NCBI RefSeq assembly: GCF_964204645.1
Contig: NC_134025.1
Span: 186,001-250,000, forward strand
Direction: 5' to 3'
Source: Tubulanus polymorphus
Taxonomy: Eukaryota; Animalia; Nemertea
DNA: 64,000 bases
Each line of letters opens with the position of its first letter. The stretch's first letter is position 1. The notes under the pieces are model-generated. The model saw only the letters and a list, made by a program, of their open reading frames with translations, did not search any database and had not been told where the DNA came from. The position numbers and the translations under genes were made by a program. This document shows positions 30,201 through 44,400 of the stretch, piece after piece.

Positions 30201-31352
30201 CAGAAACGTCCAGATAATACGTGACAGCACGAGCCGTGACCTCGAGGACATTATCAGGAGCGCATTCATCCAGGAATATACGACATAGAGCTGGCAGGAA
30301 CGTACGTGGAGGACAACTAGAAATATAACATCATTACAGTTACTGTAACTCTCTCTGGTGTATGATGATAGCATTATTAAGCCCTATAAGTAAGGGTTTA
30401 TGGCTAAAGGACCACAGACAATGAGTTTCAAAACCTGCATACGATCGAAAACAGTTATTGGTATCGTATATCATTAAAATAACAAGTAGTATCTACCGAA
30501 GCCGTTATTGTATTATTGCTCAGAGGCGACATTATCTGATATATGGTGCTAGTCATTGTAATAGGTGATAAACGACCACAAACTGCTATATCTACAGAAG
30601 TCTATACTCTGATCCACACTGCAGGAACTAATCAATCACCATTAAATCTTTCAAACCTTATTAAACAATTCTTATTTTGAAGATATTTTCAAATGAAATA
30701 GACGGTAGCGCTAGGGTCTAAATAAATTCAAAGGTAATTTCAAACGTAATTTATTCTTCAATGATTTATTGAATTTATAAGTTGAATCATATCCTAACAG
30801 GTGTTTATTATATAAACTTGGCATCAACCCAACAATAGCTACGTTACACCTAGGTTAGTGGTGTATTAGATCACTTTCCCTTTTATCTCTCTTTGTTTTC
30901 TTAGATATTACTTTTATCAGCCAACACTAACTCCTAGCAGGAAAAACAATCGCAATCTGTTATATTCTGAATATTAGAGATGTAGAGACTAAACTAAAGT
31001 CACTCGTATTGTAATCAAAATCATGAAATTCTGACTCATCAAAACAAGAAATAAATATATATATTTTAGAAAATGATGCAATCAATTGAAATCAACAATA
31101 AAACCTCAGAACCAAATACTGACGTGTATAATATGAACCCTACTGTACCGGGGAGGGGAGGGGGAGTTGGGGGTTTAGGGGAGGAAGACTTTAGGGTGGT
31201 GCGACTATTTACCTTTCGAAACAGCGATCGACATTATCAGACATAAGTAATAACATACAGAGCTGTTCTAACGCTATCAGCTGCATATCTCTCTCATCGC
31301 CCTGACCCATCTGTAACCATTCTAACAGAGTCTCCGGATCTACTTCAGCCAT
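3481..31352 (-). CDS. HECTD1: E3 ubiquitin-protein ligase HECTD1 (ARM-like N-terminus, ankyrin repeats, SUN/galactose-binding-like domain, MIB/HERC2 domain, HECT), about 40 coding exons
   Basis: The first coding exon 31213-31352 reads [46 protein letters not shown] (HECTD1 N-terminus). Further exons include 30082-30316, 29463-29690, 27237-27553 and 26510-26721, ankyrin exons ([23 protein letters not shown]; [21 protein letters not shown]), [31 protein letters not shown] and [29 protein letters not shown]. The HECT end reads [15 protein letters not shown]...[17 protein letters not shown]...KGFHLN-stop (3481). GT-AG junctions checked were phase-compatible. A candidate AATAAA lies at 2334-2329. 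Confidence 0.97.
5880..7760. repeat. Intronic CT-rich (polypyrimidine/polypurine) complex satellite
   Basis: Built from ctctctcccccacctct and cacacctctcctgactccccca units. It is the source of the G/E/R-rich spurious ORFs. Confidence 0.95.
8432..8650. repeat. 36-bp intronic minisatellite (~6 copies)
   Basis: Unit gagggggtgttttagataccctctctcctgatgggt. Confidence 0.9.
9205..9340. repeat. (TA)n microsatellite followed by (CTACA)n
   Basis: Directly visible. Confidence 0.95.
13890..14220. repeat. Intronic AG-rich low-complexity tract
   Basis: Directly visible. Similar tracts occur at 12780-12925, 15385-15555 and 39025-39148. Confidence 0.9.
16631..18528. repeat. 42-bp minisatellite (~45 copies) filling a HECTD1 intron
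   Basis: Unit ccacggtttgagagcctgtagataattactgtagtattcaaa. It lies between the donor at ~18537 (minus GA|gtaagt) and the acceptor at ~16613 (ttttag|ATCTACG). Confidence 0.95.
21449..24908. repeat. 40/41-bp minisatellite (~85 copies), each copy containing the HECTD1 3' splice acceptor and exon start
   Basis: The minus-strand unit cccatgagtttatatttttcag|GAGAGCTAGTTTATtgag matches the true acceptor ...ttttccag|GAGAGCTAGTTTATCATTGATTAAG ([14 protein letters not shown]). Confidence 0.95.
27602..28350. repeat. 126-bp intronic tandem repeat (~6 copies)
   Basis: The ATGAAGACTGCT motif recurs at 27991, 28117 and 28243. Confidence 0.9.
28740..29270. repeat. 57-bp intronic tandem repeat with a (CCCTAA)2 core (~9 copies)
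   Basis: Unit gaccagtgacatcacagtcactcagtactagcagctaaccctaaccctaggtcagct. Confidence 0.9.
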
Positions 31353-31819
31353 CTTTAAATTTATCGTTCAATTACTATCAGACTCTTAAATCAATCCATT
31401 AAACCCTGGCGCACCAGCAGCAGCAGCACTAGCACCAGCAGCAGCAGCAGTCTCTGAAATTAGATAAACATCATGAGAAATCTATATTTCTAGTATAAGA
31501 TATAATTTATTTAATGTCTAAATATCTATATGTCTGTGTAATTTCCAATGTTTCACAAGATGTAAAAATAAAAAGTCCCTGATTATTTTAAGGTACATTA
31601 GATTTGTTTTTCAACTGAATAAGGGTTGATTATTGATTGATTGAATAGCACTGAAGAGACCATAGAAAAGGTGAACAGTGACCACAACTAAAGTGTGTGT
31701 GAAACCCAGACAAAGACTACAGGTAATCAGCCAGTATAGGCAGAACTACAGAACCACTGAACCAAACAAATACTGTGAGCTAACAAACTGTGACCCATCC
31801 ACCCTGTTGTATAAACACT

Positions 31820-32562
31820 TACCCCTACTTTCACTACTGCGACTCCTCACCACTCACTTCCTATTTCACTATTCTCTAGTTCCTGCTGATGTGGTGGAAA
31901 ATTTAGATCAACATTTTAGTCGATTTAGAAAACAAGATTCAATTCAAGGAGTTCTTTTGTTTTAGTCGACGAGAGAGCGCAAACATATTCGACTACCAAC
32001 TTTAGAGTAGACCTGGGGTCTGATGTCGTTAAAACCCTTCGATCTCTTGTTTTTATTTCAGTATTATGTATTTTGTGTAATGTCACCCACAGTGCTGTTC
32101 ACGTGACCCAATAATACAACAGTACTGGGCTGTATCAGCGGATAATATACTATAGATGGCGCTGCAGTAGAAAAATTCATTCCGATTCTAATCATGCACA
32201 TTTTAAGATTAATATCACGCATAAAAACCATTTCATTTAAAGCATTTCTAAATTTTCTCCTTTTGAATTGTGAGCGATCAATGTCAATAAATTTCACTTG
32301 AATTTGTTTATAACTGTTTGAATCGCTACTTAGTATAAGCTACTGCAATTCAATTACATTTTATTGCTCAAAATACATTTTCAATTTATGTAAATTAGAA
32401 ATAAATTAAGACTGATTTTTTATCGATATTTTTTATCATGAGGCTGTTCGCAGATTATACATAGATCTCAAGGTCTACGGTAATTGTTCAATTATTGTTA
32501 GGTGGCAGCACCTACCGGTAACCCGGAAGTGATTTATTGGGAGGAAAATTGGAAAATTAGAA
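31820..32562. promoter_or_regulatory. Bidirectional promoter region shared by HECTD1 and NUP133
   Basis: The divergent ATGs lie at 31352 (-) and 32563 (+). The donor of a non-coding HECTD1 exon 1 is at ~31822 (minus GG|gtaagt) and its acceptor at ~31454. An ETS motif CCGGAAGT is at 32523-32530. CTCF-like motifs are CTATAGATGGCGCTG (~32150) and TTAGGTGGCAGCA (~32498). Confidence 0.7.
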
Positions 32563-35500
32563 ATGTATTCAAATCACCCTAAAACCCCAAAATTTTCAGC
32601 GTTTTCGGCGAGTAAATCAAGCAGAAATGCTAGCACAAATAGATCAAGTATTGGTTTATTTGGCAGTAGCGCTAAAAAGTCTCTACAGCTTTCCAGGTAG
32701 GCTACAAAACGAACCCAGCTCCCATCAATGTAAATGGTACTGACTGGACACCTCTAGTCTATTCCCTATAAAAAAACTAATCAATAACTCTTTCTTTTGA
32801 AATTTTGTAGAAATCAATCATTGAACCGGTCGCTGGGGGCATCAATGATCGTCGAAGAGACAACGCAACATATTGTTAAAAACTACGGAGCTTCAACACC
32901 AGTCCTTATACTAGAGGCTTTATCAGACAGCAGTGAGTACAAACAGTTGTTATACTGGAGGCTTTATCGGACAGCAGTGAGTACAAACAGTTGTTATACT
33001 GGAGGCTTTATCAGACAGCAGTGAGTACAAACAGTTGTTATACTGGAGGCTTTATCAGACAGCAGTGAGTACAAACAGTTGTTATACTGGAGGCTTTATC
33101 AGACAGCAGTGAGTACAAACAGTTGTTATACTAGAGGCTTTATCAGACAGCAGTGAGTACAAACAGTTGTTATACTGGAGGCTTTATCAGACAGCAGTGA
33201 GTACAAACAGTTGTTATACTGGAGGCTTTATCAGACAGTGAGTACAAACAGTTGTTATACTGGAGGCTTTATCAGACAGCAGTGAGTACAAACAGTTGTT
33301 ATACTGGAGGCTTTATCAGACAGTGAGTACAAACAGTTGTTATACTGGAGGCTTTATCAGACAGCAGTGAGTACAAACAGTTGTTATACTGGAGGCTTTA
33401 TCAGACAGTGAGTACAAACAGTTGTTATACTGGAGGCTTTATCAGACAGCAGTGAGTACAAACAGTTGTTATACTGGAGGCTTTATCAGACAGCAGTGAG
33501 TACAAACAGTTGTTATACTGGAGGCTTTATCAGACAGCAGTGAGTACAAACAGTTGTTATACTGGAGGCTTTATCAGACAGCAGTGAGTACAAACAGTTG
33601 TTATACTAGAGGCTTTATCAGACAGCAGTGAGTACAAACAGTTGTTATACTGGAGGCTTTATCAGACAGCAGTGAGTACAAACAGTTGTTATGCTGGAGG
33701 CTTTATCAGACAGCAGTGAGTACAAACAGTTGTTATACTGGAGGCTTTATCAGACAGCAGTGAGTACAAACAGTTGTTATACTGGAGGCTTTATCAGACA
33801 GCAGTGAGTACAAACAGTTGTTATACTGGAGGCTTTATCAGACAGTGAGTACAAACAGTTGTTATACTGGAGGCTTTATCGGACAGTGAGTACAAACAGT
33901 TGTTATACTGGAGGCTTTATCAGACAGCAGTGAGTACATACTGGAGGCTTTATCAGACAGTGAGTACAAACAGTTGTTATACTGGAGGCTTTATCAGACA
34001 GCAGTGAGTACAAACAGTTGTTATACTCGACTCTGGAGGCTCTACTGGATTACTCTGACTGGACTGTATTATATTTTGATAATTGTATTCTTATTTAGGG
34101 TATGGCCACGTAACAGTTAAACTGGATTCATCATCAGAATGGGCGTGGCTAGTATCTAACAGACAGTTATTTGTGTGGAGATATAAAACAACTACATCTG
34201 GAAAGGTAATAAATATTACACTGGATTATCATTCAAATTGATCATTTTGAAATAACATCGAATATTCATTGAAAAATAAAATAGTATTGAACTATCATTG
34301 AAATCACATTTAAATATCAATCATGGAAATCATGTTGAGAAATATTTTTGAATATCACAAGAATCATATTGGAATAATATCGGAATATGATAGAAATATG
34401 ATTGTGTATTATTGATATAAGATGAAATTGTAATGTATATTTGTAGGTGATACAATGTAAAGAATTGACGCTTCCAGCCAGTGATTTAGCTCATACAGCG
34501 TATCTCGTAACTATTCTACCCAATCCAACTGATACACATATAACAGGATGTATCGCGGTATCACCTGAAGGTATCATTCGATACTGGCCGAGTATCGGTC
34601 ATGAAGGTTCATTCGTTGAAATCAGTGCCGATCTTAAAGGTGAAGAATGTGCTTCATTGATTAATATGCAGGTAATGATCGGACGTAGAGACCCAACTCT
34701 CATCTCAAACTAATCTCACATCTCATCTCAAACTCATCTCAAACTCATCTCAAACCCATCTCAAACTCATCTCACATCTCAAACTCATCTCACATCTCAA
34801 ACTCATCTCAAACTCATCTCACATCTCAAACCCATCTCAAACTCATCTCAAACCCATCTCAAACTCATCTCAAACCAATCTCACTTCTCAAACTCATCTC
34901 AAACTCATCTCAAACTCATCTCAAATCTATCATCTCTCTATTTATAGCCGTATGGATGTGTTGTTGCCACGACTACCAGTACATTAATTCAGCTTGACCC
35001 AGTTATTGGACAGGTATGTGTCTCGTATCAAGTATCCCGTTTCCATAGTTACCTGAGTTAAAATCAGTTTGTTTTCATTGAGAGTCAAATTTCTGGTTAA
35101 ATCTAACTATTGGTAAAACATGTTACAGAGTTCAATCACATGTCGAGTATTGAATACAATGCAGAATACTCTCGTTGGAATCGGACGCAGGATGAGTTCA
35201 TTTATATTCGGTTCAAATTCACAACAAACTCCTGGAGCTGTAAGTATCAATCGATCAATATTATTGATTCTCTATCTCCTATATACTATAATACATACCA
35301 CGTTATACATTACAGCCTCTACAACAAATAGTTCCGGGAGAGATAATAGGCGGCGCTAGGCGAGCGTTTTATGTGTTATCGGGGAGTGTTTTGCAGAAAT
35401 GGACGATTTCTGATACGGAACCGGAACGTATGATATATCAATTCGAGATTGAGAATCATTTGAGATCGATAATATCACAAAATACTGCGGTAAATCAAAT

Positions 35501-38180
35501 CATTACATCAGTAATAATTAAAACAAACAGTTTTACAAATTAGATTGTTATAATATTGTGAATGTATTTATTTGTAGAGTTTGAATTGTGGAGAGGTTTG
35601 GTTGTTAGATATTCAAGCTGTAAGGTTTGTATAATCTCTAATTGTTATCAGCAAATACAGTTGACTGCACGTCTCTGATCTACAGTAGACTGTCGGTTGA
35701 CTGATCTACAGTAGACTGTGGGTTGACTGATCTACAGTAGACTGTGGTTTGACTGATCTACAGTAGACTGTCCACTCTTGCCTCTGATCTACAGTAGATC
35801 ATGTATTTCATCACACGGGGCATGTGATAATCTCGAGGCGATTGCAGTTAACTGTGTATATTTTGTTACTAGTTGTAATTATGAATTTATTTGTGATTCT
35901 ACAGAGGAGGAATCGTTCTATTGGCTGCTACTAATTCTATAGAACACAGGTTCATGCATTATATATTGGGTAAGAGAACAATTCATCGTTTTCTAGTGAA
36001 AAATCTGAATCCATGTTGTTCAAGATTATATAAAATACCTGCACATGAAAAGAGTAAAAATGTTTCCTTGATTTAATAGTTTATTCAATGTTTAGATTAA
36101 TGAATATACAATAAATTCGATATTCTCAAATAAGACTATAGCATATAGCAATAAGCATTTAGTCGAAAAATGAACTGTTTTTATTCTTAGTGTGCAGGGA
36201 TTTTATATTGTAGTTTGATCGATTCAATTGAGTTTCAGTGTAAATGATGTTTTTGATTTCAGCTACTGTCTCAACCGATGGACTCGTTCAACCCGATAAA
36301 ATCAAATCACATTTTGAAATAAATCACATCGTTTTATATCCGGTAAAAATAATTCGGCGATATTTATTTCTGATTGAAAACTCCTCGAGATTTAAATCGA
36401 TAATCTCAATCTGTTTTGTTTTATAGGAAGGTCAAGAAACAATGTTTTTGAATTTACGATTATTGATCCCGGAATTAGACAGTAATACGGCTTATCTATA
36501 TAACAGTGAGACAGTAATGATTGTCTCGTGTAAGTTTCATATTACCGCAGCCATTTACAGATCAAAACAGGATTTTGATTTTACCCGAGTGTCGGGTTCC
36601 GTATATTCGTCAAAGAGACGAGAAGATACACAATATCCGTGTATGATCGGAATAATGAGAGAAATCCCACAATTAATTCTGCTAAAAATGAAAAAATGAT
36701 TATATATATTTTAAGCGACGTTTTGGCTAAACACTATTAGCCAACATCAGTTGTAATGAGATACAGGGTTTGTTTGTACAGATTATGTCAAACTTCCTTC
36801 AATGATTCTATTTTTAGTGACGAACCCTTCTCTACGGGTGGATAAAGTGGAATTTCTTCCACCTGGGGATAAATTACTAGGAACAGGTAAAATCGATACA
36901 CACCGATATTCATATACAGAATGATGATGTGTTTATGATGTGTGTTTATTATGTTTGCAGGAAGTAGTGACGGGTTAGCGCTTTTCTTCTCTTGGAAACA
37001 TGGAATCGTAAACATTCGATTCGTATCCGATATGAGGTTAGTACTGTTGATTCACTACAGATGGCAGCAGCAGTCGTTGTTATTGATCATTGATTGGTCG
37101 GTTTGTGCGTTTATTTCAGTGTACTCGAGGAATCAGTTTTAGAAACATCAAAACTTGAAGTAAGTTTCAAATAAACCAATCACATCAGCCGATGAATTTC
37201 AAATAAACCAATCACATCAGCCGATGAATTTCAAATAAACCAATCACATCAGCCGATGTGTTTGAATATTTCCTAGTTGAGCTAAGCTTGTAGTTCGTAG
37301 TAACATATAGATTATATCATGATAGTAAATTGAATGTTTGAATTACAAGTTATAACAAAATGTGGTATTTGAATGAATATTGTATTTCAGACATCGATGT
37401 TAAATGTATCTAGTTACATGGAAGAGATGACTGGAAGTAATAACGATCCTAGTAAAGTTTCATGTTTAAAATCTGCCATTTTACTCACGTTACAAGGAAA
37501 GAAGGTACAGTTCGTAACGAAGTATGAAAGTTCAGATTATTTATGTGTTAATGAGAATGTATTTCAATATATAGTATTTTGTGATTTCAGGCAGAAGCTC
37601 AAGCGATTGTAGCGAATTTATTTCCACTGTCAGATTCAGCTGATACGAATTCACCCTTAGCTTCAACTATAGTTAAACTCAGTCAGGAGATGATTGATGA
37701 TTTTCCTGCTACTGATCCGAGATGGGCTGAGGCTATACCTGAAGGTACGTCCCTCACCTCTCTCTCTCTACCTCACCTCTACCCCTCTACCTCTCCCTCT
37801 CTCCATCTCCTCTCACTCCCTTTCCTCTCTCCCTCTCCCTCTCTCCCTCTACCTCTTTCCCCTCTCTCTAACTGTTTCTCTCCCTCTTCCTCTACCCTTT
37901 CCCTCTTTCTAACTCCCCCTCTTTCCTCTCCCTCCGCCTGACTTTCCCTCTCCCTGATCTGTCTCTCCCTCTCTCTCCCCCTCTCCTCTCTCCCTCTTCT
38001 CTCCTCTCACTTTGTCTCTCTCCCTCTCCTCCCTCCTCTCTCCTCTCTCTCTCTCTCTCTCTTCTCCCTCCTCTCTCCTCTCACTTTGTCTCTCTCCCTC
38101 TTCTCCCTCCTCTCTCCTCACACTTTGTCTCTCTCCCTCTTCTCCCTCCTCTCTCCTCACACTTTGTCTCTCTCTCCTCC

Positions 38181-38272
<92 letters not shown>

Positions 38273-38343
38273 CTCTCTCCTCACACTTTGTCTCTCTCCC
38301 TCTTCTCCCTCCTCTCTCCTCACACTTTGTCTCTCTCTCCTCC

Positions 38344-38429
<86 letters not shown>

Positions 38430-41400
38430 CCCCTCTCCCCTCTCCTCTCTCCCCTCTCCCTCTCTCTCTCTCTCACTCTCATATTTCTAGTATATATCAA
38501 TGTCTATGATGTTTACTTACAGATTCCACATCCAGTACAAACTCATTGATAATTCTCAATCAACTGCAGGATAAATTCAAGGCTCATCATCACATGTTAA
38601 CATTTCTACACGACATGAATTTATGGAACAGAGTAAGAATTCAAACGCACACTAATCGATCATGTCATTTTGTTTATGTAAATCAGTAAATTAATATTAA
38701 TGTTTATGTTAATTAGTTAGGTTGTGTTATAAGCAGAGATTGTACGATGAGGACTCATCATTTATTGAGTGAACACGCTGAAAAAATAGCAGCTACAATA
38801 GCATTACGTAACATGCACGCAACGTAAGTATCCAGTACTCTGTTTTATTGTACCGCACTGTATTTATACCGGTAGCTGTAGTTATGCACTATACTGTACT
38901 CTGTATATTGAAGGTATCCGAGATTGGTCGATGTAGCGATCAAACGAGTTCTATCAAAACGAGGAGAAACCTCACTTCCCAGTGGCCTACTCGCTCAGGA
39001 TATTCTATACAGAGAGGTAAGCAGTGAGGGGTAGAGAGGGAGAGGGAGAAGGAGAAGGAGAGGGAGAGGGAGAAGGAGAGGGAGAGGGAGGAGGGAGAGG
39101 GAGAGGGAGAGGGAGAGGGAGGAGGGAGAGGGAGATGAGGGGGATGAGTGGTATTCAGTGTCTGTATGGTGTTATTACAGGTCTCACGAATTGAAGAGAT
39201 ATTTGAAGCATTGTTTGATTATGAAGATGAGATTTTGTGTTCATCCGATGCTATTTTACAAGATCAAGTAATTGCAATAACAGCCATCAATTCGATCATT
39301 ATTGTAAGTATATTCAAAGTGCATACAAACCGTGAATCCACCAGTGCATACAAACCGGTGTATCCACCAGTGCATACAAACCGGTGAATCCACCAGTGCA
39401 TACAAACCGGTGTATCCACCAGTGCATACAAACCGTGAATCCACCAGTGCATACAAACCGGTGTATCCACCAGTGCATACAAACCGGTGTATCCACCAGT
39501 GCATACAAACCGGTGTATCCACCAGTGCATACAAACCGGTGAATCCACCAGTGCATACAAACCGGTGAATCCACCAGTGCATACAAACCGGTGTATCCAC
39601 CAGTGCATACAAACCGGTGTATCCACCAGTGCATACAAACCGGTGTATCCACCAGTGCATACAAACCGGTGTATCCACCAGTGCATACAAACCGGTGTAT
39701 CCACCAGTGCATACAAACCGGTGAATCCACCAGTGCATACAAACCGTGAATCCACCAGTGCATACAAACCGTGAATCCACCAGTGCATACAAACCGGTGT
39801 ATCCACCAGTGCATACAAACCGGTGTATCCACCAGTGCATACAAACCGTGAATCCACCAGTGCATACAAACCGGTGAATCCACCAGTGCATACAAACCGG
39901 TGAATCCACCAGTGCATACAAACCGGTGAATCCACCAGTGCATACAAACCGGTGAATCCACCAGTGCATACAAACCGTGTATCCACCAGTGCATACAAAC
40001 CGGTGAATCCACCAGTGCATACAAACCGGTGTATCCACCAGTGCATACAAACCGGTGTATCCACCAGTGCATACAAACCGGTGTATCCACCAGTGCATAC
40101 AAACCGTGTATCCACCAGTGCATACAAACCGGTGTATCCACCAGTGCATACAAACCGGTGAATCCACCAGTGCATACAAACCCGTGAATCCACCAGTGCA
40201 TACAAACCGGTGAATCCACCAGTGCATACAAACCGGTGAATCCACCAGTGCATACAAACCCGTGAATCCACCAGTGCATACAAACCGGTGAATCCACCAG
40301 TGCATACAAACCGTGAATCCACCAGTGCATACAAACCGGTGTATCCACCAGTGCATACAAACCGTGTATCCACCAGTGCATACAAACCGGTGAATCCACC
40401 AGTGCATACAAACCGTGTATCCACCAGTGCATACAAACCGGTGAATCCACCAGTGCATACAAAACGTGAATCCACCAGTGCATACAAACCCGTGAATCCA
40501 CCAGTGCATACAAACCCGTGAATCCACCAGTGCATACAAACCGGTGAATCCACCAGTGCATACAAACCGTGTATCCACCAGTGCATACAAACCGTGTATC
40601 CACCAGTGCATACAAACCGTGAATCCACCAGTGCATACAAACCGTGTATCCACCAGTGCATACAAACCGGTGAATCCACCAGTGCATACAAACCGGTGAA
40701 TCCACCAGTGCATACAAACCGTGAATCCACCAGTGCATACAAACCGTGTATCCACCAGTGCATACAAACCGTGTATCCACCAGTGCATACAAACCGTGAA
40801 TCCACCAGTGCATACAAACCGTGAATCCACCAGTGCATACAAACCGGTGAATCCACCAGTGCATACAAACCGGTGAATCCACCAGTGCATACAAAACGTG
40901 AATCCACCAGTGCATACAAACCGGTGTATCCACCAGTGCATACAAACCGTGTATCCACCAGTGCATACAAACCGTGAATCCACCAGTGCATACAAACCGT
41001 GAATCCACCAGTGCATACAAACCGTGAATCCACCAGTGCATACAAACCGGTGAATCCACCAGTGCATACAAACCGGTGAATCCACCAGTGCATACAAAAC
41101 GTGAATCCACCAGTGCATACAAACCCGTGAATCCACCAGTGCATACAAACCCGTGAATCCACCAGTGCATACAAACCGTGAATCCACCAGTGCATACAAA
41201 CCCGTGAATCCACCAGTGCATACAAACCGGTGAATCCACCAGTGCATACAAACCGTGTATCCACCAGTGCATACAAACCGGTGTATCCACCAGTGCATAC
41301 AAACGGTGTATCCACCAGTGCATACAAACCGGTGAATCCACCAGTGCATACAAACCGGTGAATCCACCAGTGCATACAAACCCGTGAATCCACCAGTGCA

Positions 41401-44400
41401 TACAAACCGGTGAATCCACCAGTGCATACAAACCGTGTATCCACCAGTGCATACAAACCGGTGTATCCACCAGTGCATACAAACGGTGTATCCACCAGTG
41501 CATACAAACCCGTGAATCCACCAGTGCATACAAACCGGTGAATCCACCAGTGCATACAAACCGTGTATCCACCAGTGCATACAAACCGGTGTATCCACCA
41601 GTGCATACAAACCGGTGAATCCACCAGTGCATACAAACCCGTGAATCCACCAGTGCATACAAACCCGTGAATCCACCAGTGCATACAAACCGTGAATCCA
41701 CCAGTGCATACAAACCCGTGAATCCACCAGTGCATACAAACCGGTGAATCCACCAGTGCATACAAACCGTGAATCCACCAGTGCATACAAACCGGTGTAT
41801 CCACCAGTGCATACAAACGGTGTATCCACCAGTGCATACAAACCGGTGAATCCACCAGTGCATACAAACCGGTGAATCGACCAGTGCATACAAACCGGTG
41901 AATCCACCAGTGCATACAAACCGGTGAATCCACCAGTGCATACAAACCGGTGAATCCACCAGTGCATACAAACCCGTGAATCCACCAGTGCATACAAACC
42001 GTGAATCCACCAGTGCATACAAACCGGTGTATCCACCAGTGCATACAAAACGTGTATCCACCAGTGCATACAAACCGTGAATCCACCAGTGCATACAAAC
42101 CGGTGAATCCACCAGTGCATACAAACCGTGAATCCACTTTACACAAACACAGTGAACTTTCAATAACTCTGAGTGAAGATGAAGTATATTGTATTATTTC
42201 AGTCAATGTTACACGAAGCGATTGATTATAGAGAAAGTAAATCTACGTGTTATCAGTGCACATTCCTGGAGAATCCACCTGAATACATCGCGTGGACCGC
42301 TACTACTGGTTCTACCGGTCTACGAACGCTTCTACGTAAACAGGTACCTGTCACCAGGGGGAGCTGATTGTCTCATCACATGCCCCCACACTCTGCTTAC
42401 CTCAGTTACCAATGTTGCTTAGAGTGGCCTGGAATTCACTTGCTGTCCCGATGAGATGATTTATTAGTCCAGTGAGATCGGAGCCAAGCGCGCTATGGAT
42501 TCTACTTACCGGAGCCGTAGACTGTTCGTAACCGGTAGCAATAATGTGTATATTTCACTGTTTCAGTATGATGTAATATTTGAACGAGGATTCATTGAAA
42601 CTCACGACGTCTCGAGCAGACGGACCCTGCTACAACAGGTTCTAGATATCGCTGATATCATTCTCAACGGTTACAAACAACAATTAGAATCGTTAAAACC
42701 GACGAACAAACAACTCGAAATTCAAAATCTCGAAAACACCTACGAACGAGAGAGGAAGAAATTGATTTTACCTTTGCGTAAGTTGTGTTAATTTTTGAAT
42801 CGAGATTTTATTGAGAATTTTGTTGATAATTTTTGGTTAAATTGTAGTTGAAATGAAGGAGTACGAGAGAGCTGTGAGTCTAGCGGAGAAATATCACGAG
42901 TTTGAAGTTTTGATTCGTGTTTGTGAAGAAACTGATCGTCAAGATCGGTTACAGCTATACATGGAACAATATGAATCACAGGTCAGTGAACTTACAGCTC
43001 TACAGGGAGGGGGAGGGGAGTGAGGGGCTGGAGGGGAGGAGGGATATGGAGGGAGGAGGGAGCTGGAGGGAGTGTCACGGTCACACGATGGTGGATCCTC
43101 ACTTGATATATAACTATTAATTGATTAAAAACTTGTCCCAAATTTGAGACAATTTGATGAAATTTATACTGGATAAAATGAGACCCAACGAATAGATTTT
43201 CTGGTCTGTAACAGTCAATTGTAACCGTGTTACAATGAAGTCTGTTACACAAATTAAGGCTTTTTCTATTTTAAGGATTTTGCTGAATTTGCGATGAAAT
43301 GGTTTGTGGAAGCAGGTATTGTATCAGTTACACACTTTAATCAGTAGCGTTCGTATCTTGGACGTTCAAATTGAATAAGATTCTATTGTGAATTTTCAGG
43401 TAAATGTAGTAAAGTGTTGAAGTTACCGATCAGTCAGAGAGCGGCTTTAGGAAGATTCTTCGATCAAGAGGAAAATAAATCAATCAGTTGGTTATACGAT
43501 ATTGACGCCGGAAATTTCTCACAGGTGAATTAAAAATCTGCAGTCTTTCACTTATCACAAATTTCACCTCAATTAAACTTGATGTTTGTTTCTATTTAGG
43601 CGCAAACAACTTTAAAAGATTTGGCTTTAAATGAATCGAGATCCGTCGCTAAAAAGAAGGTAAACTTTATTTTCAAATTGAAGTTTTATTGAGACGTGTA
43701 TCGTATTTATATTGATAGTAATTTAGACAGACTATTTTATTTCATGTTGTTTCAGACATTGTTAAGTCTCAGTAAACTAGCAGCTTTAGCTGCTGATGAT
43801 ATTCCTGATATTCATGAACAAATTAAAGGTAAAGATGTGACCAAATTCTGACAACTATTTTCAAATATTTTCGTGAAAACTTTTTTGAAGAAAATGTAAT
43901 GATTTCTATCTCATTTTCAGTTATAAACGATGAACATGATTTATTGCTGCACCAGGAGGCTTTGCCTGAAGATGTAGTTGTGGTATGTATCACCAGGGGG
44001 CGTATTATTGATGATGTATTGAGTAACTCTGTATACTCTGTATATGCTAGAGATAGTCTGTATTTTCTAATAGTTATTGATTTGTATTTTATGTTGTTTC
44101 AGGCTCTTGGTTTGAATCCTGATAATATGGGAGTTCTCAACGCTAAACAATTAATCGAGGTTTGTATTGAAAATGTTACATTAGAGTTTCACTAGTATAA
44201 AACACTGGTAATTTGTTTACTGAGAACCTTAGTGTCAGTGGTATATATCGCTATCGTGACCTCACGTGAGCTCTTAGTACATGCAGTATACGGAGCTCCG
44301 CGAAACCGGACACTCTCAGGACCGGGTGAACACGCGAACCGGACACTCAGGACCGGGTGAACACGCGAACCGGACACTCTCAGGACCGGGTGAACACGCG

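Noticed and set aside
39256-42206. Three ~950-aa minus-strand ORFs rich in W/H/C
   Set aside because: They are translations of a 25/26-bp unit lacking stops, antisense within a NUP133 intron.
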